Of a DNA stretch of 64,000 nucleotides, positions 8,134 through 19,500 are shown piece after piece. This DNA comes from an uncultured Clostridia bacterium. Lineage in GTDB: Bacteria; Bacillota; Clostridia; UMGS1883. Each line of letters begins with the position of its first letter. The stretch's first letter is position 1. The notes under the pieces are model-generated. The model had not been told where the DNA came from. It worked only from the letters and a program-made list of their open reading frames with translations, and searched no databases. The position numbers and the translations under genes are program-made. Location: NCBI GenBank assembly GCA_934454525.1, contig CAKSFM010000002.1, forward strand, positions 9,792 to 73,791, in the 5' to 3' direction.

Positions 8134-9333
8134 TTACTTATTAATATGCTTTCTGTACTCCGAAACACTCATTCCGGATACTTCGGCAAAAATTTTCACA
8201 AAATACTTCGTGCTTTTATATCCCACCTGCTCGCAAACATCGTCAAGCTTAGCCGCTTTATCTCTCAAAAGCTCCATCGCCTTATGAACGCGCTTTCGTT
8301 TCAGACATTCCGTGAACGTTTCACCCGTTTTTTTCTTAAAAAGGCGGCTGAAGTAAAACTCGCTCAAATGAACATATCCGGCAACATCCGCAAGCTGAAT
8401 TTCCTTCATGTAATTTTTGTCGATATATTCCATCGTTTGCAGAATGACTTCATCATCTCCGGAATAATGCGGTTCTCCTGATTTACCCATACTGTCGGCA
8501 AATTCTAAAATGCTTTGATAACTTCCCGAAAGCTCTGCCGTGATTTCCGTGCCGAGCACACTTTTAATTTTTTTGCACACGGAATTGATATAAATATCGC
8601 ACTGTGCCGGGATGTCATCAATCTTTTCCTCCGCGCACGCAAGAAGAACAGTATTTCCGTTTTCCGTGTACGATGAAAAAGATATCCCAGGAAGCTTTTT
8701 ATTGAAAAATTTCTGCAAGGTTGAAACGATTCCGTCATTAGTATTTTCAGGATATTGTATATTATAAACGCAGCAAAAACCCGAAAGAAATGTTCCGTCA
8801 TTCAAAACGGAAATGCTTTTCTGAAGCTCTTCTCCTTTTCCTGCATATTCGCCCGAAAAGAGCTTGCTTAAAATTTCCTGTCTGAGGAACATATTCGTCC
8901 TTTCAAGGCGTTCGATTATCTGTCTGCTGCGCTTGCGCTCTTCCTCTTCCTCATCGATTTTCAGCTTGATTTTTGCAAAAATCTCCTCAACCTCGTTAAG
9001 ATTGGTGGGTTTAAGCAGATATGCTTCAACGCTGTACTCCATGGCGCTTTTCACATATTCAAACTGCTTATATCCGCTGAGAATAACAACCTTTATATCA
9101 GGCTTGGAGGCACGTATTCCGCGCGCAAGCGCAAGTCCTGAAACGGATGTCATATTAACATCCGTCAGAACTGCGTCAACCGGGTTGGACAAGACGTATT
9201 CAAGTGCCTTGTCCCCGTCCGAAAAAGCTGCCGCAACTCTGAAGCCGATGCTTTCCCAGTCAATCATATCTTTAAGTCCGTCTCTGATGTCGTCCTCATC
9301 GTCAACCAAAATCAAATTGTAAAGCTCCGGCAT
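8134..9333 (-). CDS. Two-component response regulator, receiver + AraC-type HTH (YesN-like)
   Basis: Receiver domain LILVDDEDDIRDGL...VLTDVNM. C-terminal AraC HTH FYFSRLFKKKTGETF...VGYKSTKYFVKIFAEVSGMSVSEYR. Start moved to ATG 9333, preceded by GGGGTG. Confidence 0.88.
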   Translation of the reverse strand: MPELYNLILVDDEDDIRDGLKDMIDWESIGFRVAAAFSDGDKALEYVLSNPVDAVLTDVNMTSVSGLALARGIRASKPDIKVVILSGYKQFEYVKSAMEYSVEAYLLKPTNLNEVEEIFAKIKLKIDEEEEERKRSRQIIERLERTNMFLRQEILSKLFSGEYAGKGEELQKSISVLNDGTFLSGFCCVYNIQYPENTNDGIVSTLQKFFNKKLPGISFSSYTENGNTVLLACAEEKIDDIPAQCDIYINSVCKKIKSVLGTEITAELSGSYQSILEFADSMGKSGEPHYSGDDEVILQTMEYIDKNYMKEIQLADVAGYVHLSEFYFSRLFKKKTGETFTECLKRKRVHKAMELLRDKAAKLDDVCEQVGYKSTKYFVKIFAEVSGMSVSEYRKHINK

Positions 9334-9359
9334 TTTTTCACCCCGATTAATTATTTTTA

Positions 9360-12300
9360 TCATTTTGCCTCACTCAAAGGCGTCATTGTCATTATGCTGT
9401 CCCAAAGCATGTATTTAAGCTCTGCGTCGTCATCGATATCACCGATTTCGAACTCACAGTAAGCGCTTCCGTCACGCGTGAGCGCCGAAAGAGCAACAGA
9501 TTTCTTATATATTTTTTCAAGCGTTCCGCCGCTGTAAACCGCACAGATGCAGTCAGCCTGCCTGTCAGCGTTTCTCATATTTGTGTAGTAAACCGTAACG
9601 CTTCCGCCCCTGCCTCCATCAATTCCGTCAATAATGGTTTCGGGATTTGCTCCGGCAGAGCTGACTATGCTCTGTGCTGCCGCAGGTATGCTTCCCTTTT
9701 CGAACACAGTGTTATCGGAAATAACCACATTTTCCGCACCATTGCTTTGAATTGCGGAGGTTACGAAGTTATTGCTGATTGTGATGTTGGAGGCAATCTG
9801 TTTATCGTATTTTTGAAGCGTAACAGGCTTATATGCCTCAATTACGTTGTAATAATCGTTTATATATTTTCCTTCACCGTCGTGATATATTCCGTTCGCA
9901 CCTTCGTATGGGGTTGAAATATAGTTGAACTCAATAACGTTATTATCGCCGCGGAGCGGATTCGGAACGTATATTCCGCCGCCGTCGTGCAGCTGCGTCA
10001 TGTAGTTTTCAACCCTGTTTCCGCTGATAACATAATTTTTTGCGTTATCAATCGTTTCTGACGCGGACCATCCCCAGTTTGCCGAAATGCCGGTATACGG
10101 AAGATTTTTAAGCGTGTTCTGTGAAATGTTAAGTCCGTTTACATAGAAAACGGTGATTCCGGGACCGCCCCAGTATTCGCTTGAAGCTCCGTCAATCGTG
10201 TTGTAGCTGATGTTAACATCTTTGTGAATATACTTATCCGATGCGGAATTTACAAAATCCTCGCCGATGCAGATTGCGCTTGCGGCGATATCCGAAAAGC
10301 TGTTATCGGAAATTTCAAGCGACGAAACGCTTCTCTGTGATACGATTCCGGCACCGCCGAGCTCCTCAAAGCTGCAATCCTTAAGCTTAATGTTTTTGTC
10401 GTACGAAACATTTACTGCGCCCGGAATGTAATCCTTTTCGTAACCGTATCTGAAATCACTGTTTTCTGTCCTTTCGGACGGAACAAGCAGGTTTGCCTGA
10501 ATATCAGCAAGTCCGCTGCTGTTCGGTTGCGCCCAGTTGGTATATTTAAATGTGAGATTTTCAATCGCCACATTTTGTGCAGGGGATTCTGCCGTTCCCT
10601 CAACGGAAACAATCGTATCAGTCATCGGAACAACAACCGAAAGGCTGTCGGCAGCTTCTCCGTCTTTGAGGAAGTAGTAGAGCTTGCCCTCTGATTTATT
10701 GTAATACCATTCGCCCGGATTGTCAACAAATGCGAGATTATTTTCAAGCCAGTAGCCTGCATTCGCCTTAACACCATTTTGCTTAAGCTGTTCGGAATTG
10801 AGCGATTTAAGCTCTTCATCCGCAATTGTTGCCGTGCTGCCGCTCAGACTTTTTATTCTCAGCCGTCTGTGCGCCCAGACGGACTTAACGGAAATTTCCG
10901 TTTCATTCGGGGTGATTCCCTCGGTCATAGCCGACGCGTCAATTGCAACCGTTCCGTCCGTCAGATTAAGGTCACTGCCGAGAATCAGCTGCTCGCCGAT
11001 GTTCGGATAGCGCGAACGGATTGCTTTTTCGCCGTTCACATACAGCTGGCGGAAGTCGTAACCCGTGCCTATATCGGCGCAAACTATTTTTCCGTCATAC
11101 TCTTCAAATGTCGGTGCAAGGCGCTTGCCGCCGCTTAAAACTGTGCTGCCGTTTCCGCTTACGGTGATATTTTTCTGAGCGAAAGAGCTTTGCTGCGCCG
11201 AAAGTTTAAGTGTGCTGCCGATTTCGTACTCTCCGCCGTCAATATATACGTTCACATTGAGTGCGGCAGACGTGTCAGCAGCGGCAAAAGCCTTGGCAAC
11301 TGTCTGATACGGATACTCCGCCGAGCCATCGTTTTCATCGCTGCCCGATTTTGAAACGTAAATATCTTCATTTTCCGTAACGTCCACGCGCGTCAGCTTT
11401 ATTGCGTCTGCACGGGCGGCTGAACCGGATGCCCATGCATTTAAAACAATTTTCGCCATACCGCCGTTAAACTTATATGTGCCTATCGGCATCCAGTCGC
11501 CGAGCGTTCCCTCGTTTGCGTGATAGTACTTATTAACATCGCCGTCTGCAGTGCTGATAACCGCTTTAACGGGGGTATCGCCTGCTGTGTACATGCACCA
11601 TGCATACACGGTGTAGTAACCCTCGGTTACCGCCGCCTTGTATGTTGCGGAAGCGCCGGCCTCACTTGTGTAATAATGGTGTGTTCCGTTGTACGGACTT
11701 GTTGCGGCTGAAGCAAAGCTTTTAACCCACGCACCCGTAAATTCGGCTTTATCAACATCAACAATAACCTCATTTGTTTGTGCAACGCGTTCAAACTTCA
11801 CAGAACCGAGCCGCCCCGTTGCCCCGTTATTCGGCGCAAGCGTGACCTCGGCTGCACCATCGAAATAGTATGTGCCGAGAAGATACCATGACCCTGACTC
11901 CACATCAACCGTGCTGCTTGAATAGGCAATTTCATCAGTTCCGCCGGAATAGGTAACCGCTGCTTTGTTATTCCAAACCACACGGTTGCTCTCATCACTG
12001 CCGAAAGGAATCCATGTGTAAACATTGTAAATGCCTGCCGTAAGCCCCTTGCTGTAACGGAGAACGCGATCCGCGCCGTTTGCCCCGGCATTATAGTAGA
12101 AATGAGCACCGCCCTCTCCCGAATTCGATGTGCTGCTGTTCAGCACAACACCGTTTCCGTCTTTGTCAGTGGTCGTGACATTACTGCCCGGACTGGCGAA
12201 TGCAAATGTGCAGGCATTTCCGTCAGCATCCAATACTTCGGCATGCTCGCACCATGATGCAAATGCATTCACAATAACCTCTGTAAAACCAGGCTTCGGA

Positions 12301-12791
12301 GTGAAGCGCACCGCGTCAATGCGGAGAGTGCCGCCGGCACCCTCTCCCGCCGTAACTCTTACCTCGGAATTTTCGTCAAGAAGAAATGTTCCGACGCTGT
12401 TCCAACCCTCGGTACAGGTGTTTTTGTCTATCATTTTTACTGCTTCTTTTGCCGTGCCGCTTACTTCAACACAAACATTGCATAAGCCTTGTTTTTTCGG
12501 AATATTGATTTCAACCTCATACATTCCTTTTGTTGTAATCATATTCTTATACAATCCGCCGGCTTCAAAATCCGTTTTGAATTGCGCAGGCGTCATCGTG
12601 CGGTAGCGGCCTTTGCTGATGTAACTGCCGTCCGAGCTCTCTCCGCAGGTAAGGTTGTTCGGATTATAGATAGAAAACATCGTTCCATCATCACACGAAA
12701 CAACAATTGAATTGTCTGCCGCTGCGCCGATAACCGGGCAGATTGACAGCAGCATAAAAATCGCCATGGCAAAGGATAATATTTTTTTCAT
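9360..12791 (-). CDS. Secreted 1143-aa protein: three CBM-like beta-sandwich modules + right-handed beta-helix catalytic-type domain
   Basis: Signal peptide MKKILSFAMAIFMLLSICPVIGAAA. Three modules end in RIDAVRF, LGSVKFERV and ADAIKLTRV. Then IYVSKSGSDENDGSAEYPYQTV...RQLYVNGEKAIRSRYPN...GEWYYNKSEGKLYYF...LHDGGGIYV, typical of parallel beta-helix carbohydrate-active enzymes. It is a paralog of 16593-19649. Confidence 0.75.
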   Translation of the reverse strand: MKKILSFAMAIFMLLSICPVIGAAADNSIVVSCDDGTMFSIYNPNNLTCGESSDGSYISKGRYRTMTPAQFKTDFEAGGLYKNMITTKGMYEVEINIPKKQGLCNVCVEVSGTAKEAVKMIDKNTCTEGWNSVGTFLLDENSEVRVTAGEGAGGTLRIDAVRFTPKPGFTEVIVNAFASWCEHAEVLDADGNACTFAFASPGSNVTTTDKDGNGVVLNSSTSNSGEGGAHFYYNAGANGADRVLRYSKGLTAGIYNVYTWIPFGSDESNRVVWNNKAAVTYSGGTDEIAYSSSTVDVESGSWYLLGTYYFDGAAEVTLAPNNGATGRLGSVKFERVAQTNEVIVDVDKAEFTGAWVKSFASAATSPYNGTHHYYTSEAGASATYKAAVTEGYYTVYAWCMYTAGDTPVKAVISTADGDVNKYYHANEGTLGDWMPIGTYKFNGGMAKIVLNAWASGSAARADAIKLTRVDVTENEDIYVSKSGSDENDGSAEYPYQTVAKAFAAADTSAALNVNVYIDGGEYEIGSTLKLSAQQSSFAQKNITVSGNGSTVLSGGKRLAPTFEEYDGKIVCADIGTGYDFRQLYVNGEKAIRSRYPNIGEQLILGSDLNLTDGTVAIDASAMTEGITPNETEISVKSVWAHRRLRIKSLSGSTATIADEELKSLNSEQLKQNGVKANAGYWLENNLAFVDNPGEWYYNKSEGKLYYFLKDGEAADSLSVVVPMTDTIVSVEGTAESPAQNVAIENLTFKYTNWAQPNSSGLADIQANLLVPSERTENSDFRYGYEKDYIPGAVNVSYDKNIKLKDCSFEELGGAGIVSQRSVSSLEISDNSFSDIAASAICIGEDFVNSASDKYIHKDVNISYNTIDGASSEYWGGPGITVFYVNGLNISQNTLKNLPYTGISANWGWSASETIDNAKNYVISGNRVENYMTQLHDGGGIYVPNPLRGDNNVIEFNYISTPYEGANGIYHDGEGKYINDYYNVIEAYKPVTLQKYDKQIASNITISNNFVTSAIQSNGAENVVISDNTVFEKGSIPAAAQSIVSSAGANPETIIDGIDGGRGGSVTVYYTNMRNADRQADCICAVYSGGTLEKIYKKSVALSALTRDGSAYCEFEIGDIDDDAELKYMLWDSIMTMTPLSEAK

Positions 12792-12815
12792 AATTCTTTT
12801 CCTTCCCTCTGTTAT

Positions 12816-14366
12816 TTATTGATTTTTCTTTATATAATCGTTCATTTCCTTAACATATTCATCGCCGCCTGCTTTGTACCAGCCTGCGAGCGCCTTGTCA
12901 TATTCCGAAACGTCAAGCTCGCCGACAATGATTTTTGAAATCGTCTGCGAAAGCGTTTTATTTGCTTCAACAAGCTTGCTTGCGCTCTTCGGAACATATC
13001 CGAGATCAAGGCTCGGTGTGAAATTCTCAATACATTTATTAACCCAATCGTTCCTCAGTTCAATATCCGGCTTCATTCCGTCGGGCATTTTCATGCCGAT
13101 AAACAAGTCGGGGTCATCGCTTCTTCTCATAAGCAGTGTGCCTGCCTGCATTTTAACCTTGCTTCCGGCAGAATCGAGAATCGGAACGCGCTTCCCGTTC
13201 TCCGTTTTATAGTTCATGCCCTCGTAGCCGTATTTAACAGTATCCCATGCATCATCCGAAAGCACGTAATCAAGAATATCAACAACTGTCTGCTTATGTT
13301 TTGACTGTTTCATCAGCGCCCAGCACCAGTAATATCCTGCGCCGATAAGGTTTCCCTTAACATCTCCGTTCGGCCCTTTAACACCGACAATATATGTAAG
13401 CTCGGCATCGGGAGTGTGCTGCGCAATTGCCTGATTATTGCTTTGCGCATTTCCGGCAAAGTTTGTCATTATGCCGACAGAACCCTTATTGAATCTGTCC
13501 TTTGCGGCGTCCTGCTTTATAACAAGCGAATCGGGGTCGATAAGACCTTTTTTGTAAAGCATTCTTGAATACTTAAGCGCTTCCTTATAATTTGAGTGCT
13601 CGGCGCAGTATTTTTCATCCATGTATGCATACTTGCCCTCATGCTCCTGCCAGCCGACAACTCCGAACGGCCACACAAACGGCGGTTCAAACGTTCCATC
13701 GGTTGCCTGGAAAGAAATCATTCCGTATGTGTCCTTTTTTCCGTTTCCGTCAGGGTCTTTTTCGCGGAATGCTGTGAGAATTTCCGTCAGCTGATCAAGC
13801 GTTACGATATTATCCTCAGGGATTGAAAGTCCGAGCTTATCAAGCCAGTCCTTGCGCACGGAATAACCGTCGGCGCGCATGATTGACGAACGCGGAATAG
13901 CATAAATATTGTCGTCACCTTTCATTTTCAAAGCTTTCCACGACACATCGGCTGTGTGTGCCATGATATTTTTTGCATTTTTGAGGTATTCATTCACAGG
14001 CTCAACAATTCCGCCGTTCACAGCGCTGATAAACGATTGGTCCGTATGGTCGGGAAATGCCACAACATCGGGATATTCTCCGCCTGCAAGCATAATCTGA
14101 AGCCTTTCGGTGTAATTCGCCGCCGGGGGAATTTCCGTTTCGATTTTAACATTGAACTTTTTTTCAAGTTCCTCATAAAATCTTTCGTTGCTTTTTTCGT
14201 CAGCCGTTCCGTTTCCTTCCCTGCCTGCCATGCTGGAACTGAAAAACTTGATAACGTCCCTGCCGCCCGCATCACCTCCCGTTTTTTTACTCTTACAGCC
14301 TGTGAGCGGCTGCACAGCCATTGCTGCCGCAAGCAGAAGTAAAAGTGTTTTTTTTGCTTTTTTCAT
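12816..14366 (-). CDS. Extracellular solute-binding lipoprotein of a carbohydrate ABC importer (LplA-like)
   Basis: Lipobox LTGC in MKKAKKTLLLLLAAAMAVQPLTGCKSKK. It is 516 aa, the size class of family-1 sugar SBPs found with LplB/LplC permeases. The start overlaps the upstream stop (ATGA). Confidence 0.85.
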   Translation of the reverse strand: MKKAKKTLLLLLAAAMAVQPLTGCKSKKTGGDAGGRDVIKFFSSSMAGREGNGTADEKSNERFYEELEKKFNVKIETEIPPAANYTERLQIMLAGGEYPDVVAFPDHTDQSFISAVNGGIVEPVNEYLKNAKNIMAHTADVSWKALKMKGDDNIYAIPRSSIMRADGYSVRKDWLDKLGLSIPEDNIVTLDQLTEILTAFREKDPDGNGKKDTYGMISFQATDGTFEPPFVWPFGVVGWQEHEGKYAYMDEKYCAEHSNYKEALKYSRMLYKKGLIDPDSLVIKQDAAKDRFNKGSVGIMTNFAGNAQSNNQAIAQHTPDAELTYIVGVKGPNGDVKGNLIGAGYYWCWALMKQSKHKQTVVDILDYVLSDDAWDTVKYGYEGMNYKTENGKRVPILDSAGSKVKMQAGTLLMRRSDDPDLFIGMKMPDGMKPDIELRNDWVNKCIENFTPSLDLGYVPKSASKLVEANKTLSQTISKIIVGELDVSEYDKALAGWYKAGGDEYVKEMNDYIKKNQ

Positions 14367-16579
14367 AACATTTGCTCCTCTCTTTTTTTATTATAAATTT
14401 TAATTCCAAGCAATTCAAAATGCGGACTTCCGCAGTTTTTAATGAAATCTATTCTCATGCGCCGAACTTTTTTTCCGACTGCATGGCGGACAACGCGTTT
14501 AAAATTTCCGCGTATCTTTTCAATATATTTTCCGTTTTCCGTTTCCGCGGTAAAATTGTAATCGGAAACCATTTCGGCAACCTCGAATCCCGGGAAATCG
14601 GCGCGGAGATCGTCGTTAAAAACAAATGCCGCTTCGTCAACATATTTAAACCCATCGAAAAGAATTTCAACATATTCGCCGTGCTTTCCATTGGAAATCC
14701 AGCAGTTAGCCGAGCTGCGCGGGCGGTTTATCCCGCTTAAAAGATTTTCCGCCGCAAACGCGTTTTGAACCGGGAGAACGTTTTTAAAGGCAATATAGCT
14801 TTGGCGGCGGTTTTTAAGTCCCCATCCCTCGGTGAATATGCCGCTTGTTTCATCATCGTTTTCTTCAAGCGAAACAACGCCCGTCAGCTCGTTTTTTGTG
14901 AATCCGAGACTGAGTCCGCTGTTCTTATGTATCTCAATAAACACGCGTTCGCCGTCAAATCCGGCATTTGCCTTAATCGGAATATATCCGCAGAAGCCTT
15001 TTTTTATCTCCGTTTTCACTTCTTTTAATTTTTTGCCCGGAATAAAATCACCGCTGCGTTTTTCCTTATAAAGGCTTATGCAAAGCTCCGTGTCGCCGCC
15101 GCTGTTTTCAACATAAAGCTCAAAGCTGTCAATTTTATTCCTTGCAGGGAGCACAAGCATCTGCATTTTATCAAGCTTTTCGCAGAACACATCACCGCAG
15201 CTTTCAAGCGGATGAACGCTTGACGCTCTGACTGCAATTTTTCCAAGCTCGCTGTCAAGCTGCTCCGGAAACCCGATTATATACTGATCGTCGCGCTGAA
15301 GCATTGTGCGGAGCATATTTATATATTTCTGCCCGACAGCGCGCGGTGTTATATGCTTTTTCACACAAAGCACAGCCGCAGTGCCTGCCGCCTGCGCCGC
15401 AGCCGCACCCGTTGCGATAACTCTTGTTGACCCGAAAGCAACGTGCGATGTTGAAATAATTCTTCCCCCGAAAAGCAGATTATCAATATTTTTTGAATAA
15501 AGGCATCTGTACGGAATGTTGTACATGCCGCCGATAGGAATCCATCCCGAAGCCTTTCTGTCGTCATATATTCCGAGCGGTGCATGAATATCAATCAGCC
15601 ATCCGCCGGTGCTCACCGCGTCGGGAAATTCTGTGCGATTCTGAACATCGTGCTGAGTTAAAACATAATCGCCCTTAAAACGCCTTGATTCACGCTTCCC
15701 GACAACGGGCGCAACCTTTGTCAGCCGATAATTTTCCGTTCCCTTGATTTTTCCGCTGTTTTTAACATAATCCCAAAAGCCGTAAACAAGCCGCCTGAGC
15801 TCATGCGTTATCGCTTCGTTATCGGAAATTGTGTTGCACTGTCCGCCGTATTCAAGCCACCAGACGGTCGAAAGACCGTTTCCGTAGAGCACACGGTGCA
15901 GCTCCTTTTTGCCGATATTTTTGCAAAAGCTCATCCTTTCAATGTCGTATGCAAATGACGGCGGCGTGTATTCAACGGGGTGTCCGCAGTCCGTGCTCTG
16001 CCACATAAGCGTACTGCCCTGCAAATAAGAGTCTGCTTTTTCCGGGGCAATATCTTCCCCATATTCCCCGCGCGACTCTCTGCCGAACATAAATTCTGCG
16101 CCTGCCATTGCGGAAATCTTTCCGTCACCGCTGCAATCAATGAATACTTCGCTTTCAAAGTCAAATTCACATTCCGATGCAAGCTGAAGCGCATGGACGG
16201 AGATTATTTTCCCGTTATCCGTTTTCACACTTTCGGCATGAGTGTTCAGGAAAAGTTCAATGTTTTTTTCCTTGTATATAAAATCGAAATAGACCATATC
16301 GAGAAGTGCTTCGCTTTTTCCATCGGGCGATTTAACGATATTTCGAATCATGCTCTGAATTTCATTCACAAGTCCTGCCTCGCGCGCAAAAACCGTGGGC
16401 GACTGGTCATTTGTTGCCGCTCCGTTTATCGAAACGCCGATTTCCGAGCTTGCGTTTCCGCCGAGTACCGGTCTGTCGTGAACAAGCAGCACATGTGCAC
16501 CGCTGCGCGCCGCGCTGACGGCGGCACACATTCCGGCAATGCCGCCGCCGATAACGGTTATGTCACCTTTTACAAGCAT
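14363..16579 (-). CDS. Cytoplasmic FAD-dependent oxidoreductase (PF12831-like) with C-terminal beta-sandwich/discoidin-like extension
   Basis: Start at ATG 16579, after a perfect RBS AAGGAGG. Dinucleotide fold ITVIGGGIAGMCAAVSAARSG...VLGGNASSE. No signal peptide. The C-terminal ~200 aa (NLLSGINRPRSSANCWIS...YVEILF...FELLGIKIYN) resemble an F5/8-type-C domain. Confidence 0.75.
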   Translation of the reverse strand: MLVKGDITVIGGGIAGMCAAVSAARSGAHVLLVHDRPVLGGNASSEIGVSINGAATNDQSPTVFAREAGLVNEIQSMIRNIVKSPDGKSEALLDMVYFDFIYKEKNIELFLNTHAESVKTDNGKIISVHALQLASECEFDFESEVFIDCSGDGKISAMAGAEFMFGRESRGEYGEDIAPEKADSYLQGSTLMWQSTDCGHPVEYTPPSFAYDIERMSFCKNIGKKELHRVLYGNGLSTVWWLEYGGQCNTISDNEAITHELRRLVYGFWDYVKNSGKIKGTENYRLTKVAPVVGKRESRRFKGDYVLTQHDVQNRTEFPDAVSTGGWLIDIHAPLGIYDDRKASGWIPIGGMYNIPYRCLYSKNIDNLLFGGRIISTSHVAFGSTRVIATGAAAAQAAGTAAVLCVKKHITPRAVGQKYINMLRTMLQRDDQYIIGFPEQLDSELGKIAVRASSVHPLESCGDVFCEKLDKMQMLVLPARNKIDSFELYVENSGGDTELCISLYKEKRSGDFIPGKKLKEVKTEIKKGFCGYIPIKANAGFDGERVFIEIHKNSGLSLGFTKNELTGVVSLEENDDETSGIFTEGWGLKNRRQSYIAFKNVLPVQNAFAAENLLSGINRPRSSANCWISNGKHGEYVEILFDGFKYVDEAAFVFNDDLRADFPGFEVAEMVSDYNFTAETENGKYIEKIRGNFKRVVRHAVGKKVRRMRIDFIKNCGSPHFELLGIKIYNKKREEQML

Positions 16580-16592
16580 AGCTTTTTCCTCC

Positions 16593-19500
16593 TTAATACA
16601 CAAATGCGCTCTTTGCCGCTTCCAGTTCATATTTATCGGCTTCCGGTGAAAATTTTCTGCCCTCCGAAGCTATAAACAAACCGCCGTCACCAAAAAATTC
16701 ATATCCGAAATATTCCGCCGCTGCGCGGAGCGATACAAGCAGGCTGCCGTCCGCCGTGTATCTGACAGCGTTGTTTTTTTCAATGCCGTTGAAAAATGCC
16801 GTTCCGCCGCCGAGCTTTATGCCCCTTGCACCCTTTACAATACATTCCTCCGCGCCGCCGATATATACCGCGCCGAGCGCTGCCGCAGCAGTTTTTGCCG
16901 GAACAAAAATGTCGCTTTCATCCGAAGCAAAAGCCTTGTCGGAGCTTTGTCTGATTCCGTTGTTAAACCAATATGATTTACCCTTGAGGAAAACTGCGGA
17001 ATTTCCGACCTGTTCTATTCCGCGCGATAACCTGTACGCTTCCTTTTCATCGTCCGCCGGAACATATGTGAACGACACGGCGCTTGTTCTTATAAATCCG
17101 CTGTCACCGCTTTCCGCCGAGCGCGTGTTTTTAACATATCCGCTGCCGTCAGCTTTGAACGGGAACACGCCGAGCGTTTCCCATTCTCCCGGCTCCTTTG
17201 TAAAATCAACCGTGAAAGTCTGCACTCCGCCGTCATATGCGACATCAATTTTCGCACTGCTGTCGCTCGCCGGGTGGGCAACACGGTATATCCTCACAAG
17301 ATAATTTCCGTCCGCCGGAACATCGGCGCGCCACACAGCGCTTGCGCCAACGGAATATCCGTAACGCGTACCGGTTGAAAAACCGCTGAGAGTGCTGCTT
17401 GTGAAGCTGCCGTTTTCGGAATATCCCTCATCCGTAACATTAACGTAAGTTGTTCCGCTTTCGGAAATATTAATTCCCATGCGAAGCGGCTCAGCTTCTC
17501 CTTTGCGATTTTTCGCATATATGTTAAACGCATAGTAACCCGGCTTTGCATCTTCCGAAACGCGGTATCGGAGAACAGTGTAACGGCTGCCGCCCTGCGT
17601 TTTCACGCTGTCAATATCCGTAAATTCAATCTCTTTTGGTGCGTCCGCGGAATATGTGAAAATCTCATCCGCTGCGCAGTCTGACAGAAGCGTAACTGCA
17701 CCCTCAGCGCCTGCCGAAATCTCCGCGTAAAAGCTTTTCAGTGAAACCTCCCTTTTCGGCTCGCGGTTTTTATCGGTCAACCCGGCATTTTGAACGATTT
17801 CGAGTGCTTCGCCGCTCCAGTCGGGTGATTTCAAAGTTTTGTTTGACGTTATTTTAAGATTGTATTTTTCCGAATTCTCCGCCGTGTCGCCGTAACGCAT
17901 CGGCGACGGGCAGGAATAGTTTGACCGAACCGTGATATTCGTTGCCGCCTGTGAAACCAGCGACTGAAGCGCAAGAGGGTCCTTGAACATTTCACAAACG
18001 TTCCCCGTTGTTGTCCAGTTGTCGGACGCTCCGTCATGATAAACCGCAATTGTTCCGCTTGTCGGCAAAAAACAGTTGGAGTTTCCGATTATATAATTAT
18101 TTTCAATAACATTATTTCCCTTTATCGGATTTGTGACGTAAATTCCGCCGCCGTCACGCAGCTGCGTCATAAAGTTCTCGATTTTGTTGCAGCGAATCGT
18201 GTAATCACTCGCTTCTGGAACGGCTTCGTCAGCCGCCCATCCCCACCCTGCGGAAATTCCGCTGTAAGGGAGGTCACGTATGTAATTATGCTCAATCGTA
18301 AGCTTTGTGACATAGTATGCTAAAATCCCCACGCCGCCGTAATAATCGGAAGCTGCTTTTTCTATAAAATTATCCGACACAAGAACATTTTTGTGATACA
18401 TGGAGGATTTTTTTGCGCGGTAGTAATCTCCGCCGATTTCAATTGCATTGCCGCCGATTTCCGAAAAATTATTTCCCGTTACGGTTATATCGCTTCCTCC
18501 GGCTTCGAACACTGCGCCGCCTGCCGCAAGGTTTTCAAAGGTGCATCCCCTTACGGTTAAATTATCTGCGTACAGCACATGGAGCGCTCCCGGCATTTTA
18601 TCCTTTTTCAGCGAATGACGGTACTGCGAATCCTTTGCAAGCTCCATATTTTTCGGAACAATGCTGTTGCCCTGAATATCGACAAATCCACATTCATCGG
18701 GGCGCGTCCAGCCGGTGTTTGTGAAGCTGATATTTTCTACCGTCACATTTTTCACGGGTGCCGCGTCCGTGCCATCTATTCTGATCAGCGTTTCAGCTCC
18801 GCCTGCCTCAGCGCGCACTTCGTTCATGTTTTCATAGCTGCGCGGCATATAGTAAACATATCCCTCCGCGCGGTCAAGGTACCATTCGCCCCCGCAGTCA
18901 AGCCACTCAAGCGAATTTTCGAGCCAGTAAGACCTGCCCTTGCTGATTTTTGCGCCCTGCGGAGCATCGCTGAGCGCCGTTTGCTCTTCATTGAACAGCT
19001 TCACGTCTGCAAAGGATTCCCCCTCGGAATATTCCGCAATCCGAAGCTTTTTTTCCATCCATTCGACAAGCACACAAAGCTCGGGAGGATTGGTCTTCTG
19101 AAAATCTTTCAGCTGCGCATTTTTTTCAATTGCTATTTCATCGCCGTCGGGGTCGCCGGGCAGCGTCAGAAAGCTTCCCTCATTCGGGAAACGAGCCCTT
19201 ATCGCCTTTTTTCCGTTAATATACAAATTGCGGAAATGCGTATCCGGCAAAACCTTTGCGCGCCAAATACCGCCGCTCTGTTCTTCCCAGCCGCCTATAT
19301 CCGTGCCGCCGTTCAGAACTGCCGTTTCTCCCGGATATGAAGCATAAGTAACGCTTGCTTTATCTGTGCCGCCGTTCGCCTGACTTAAGCTCACCGGTTC
19401 GGTTATTTTATATTCTCCTCCGCGGAGATATACCGTAATATCATGCTTTTTCTCCGTTTCGGCAACAGCTTTTGCGGCGCGGGCAAGGCTTTGAAACGGT

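Noticed and set aside
15980-16675. Long antisense ORFs lie inside the big minus-strand genes. Examples: 15980-16675 (231 aa), 18579-19340 (253 aa), 21726-22388 (220 aa), 34234-34884 (216 aa), 40138-40923 (261 aa), 16756-17304 (182 aa).
   Set aside because: Each lies entirely opposite a long ORF with clear domain content. They have skewed low-complexity composition (R/F/C/I/S-rich), no RBS and no recognisable motifs. These are typical shadow ORFs.
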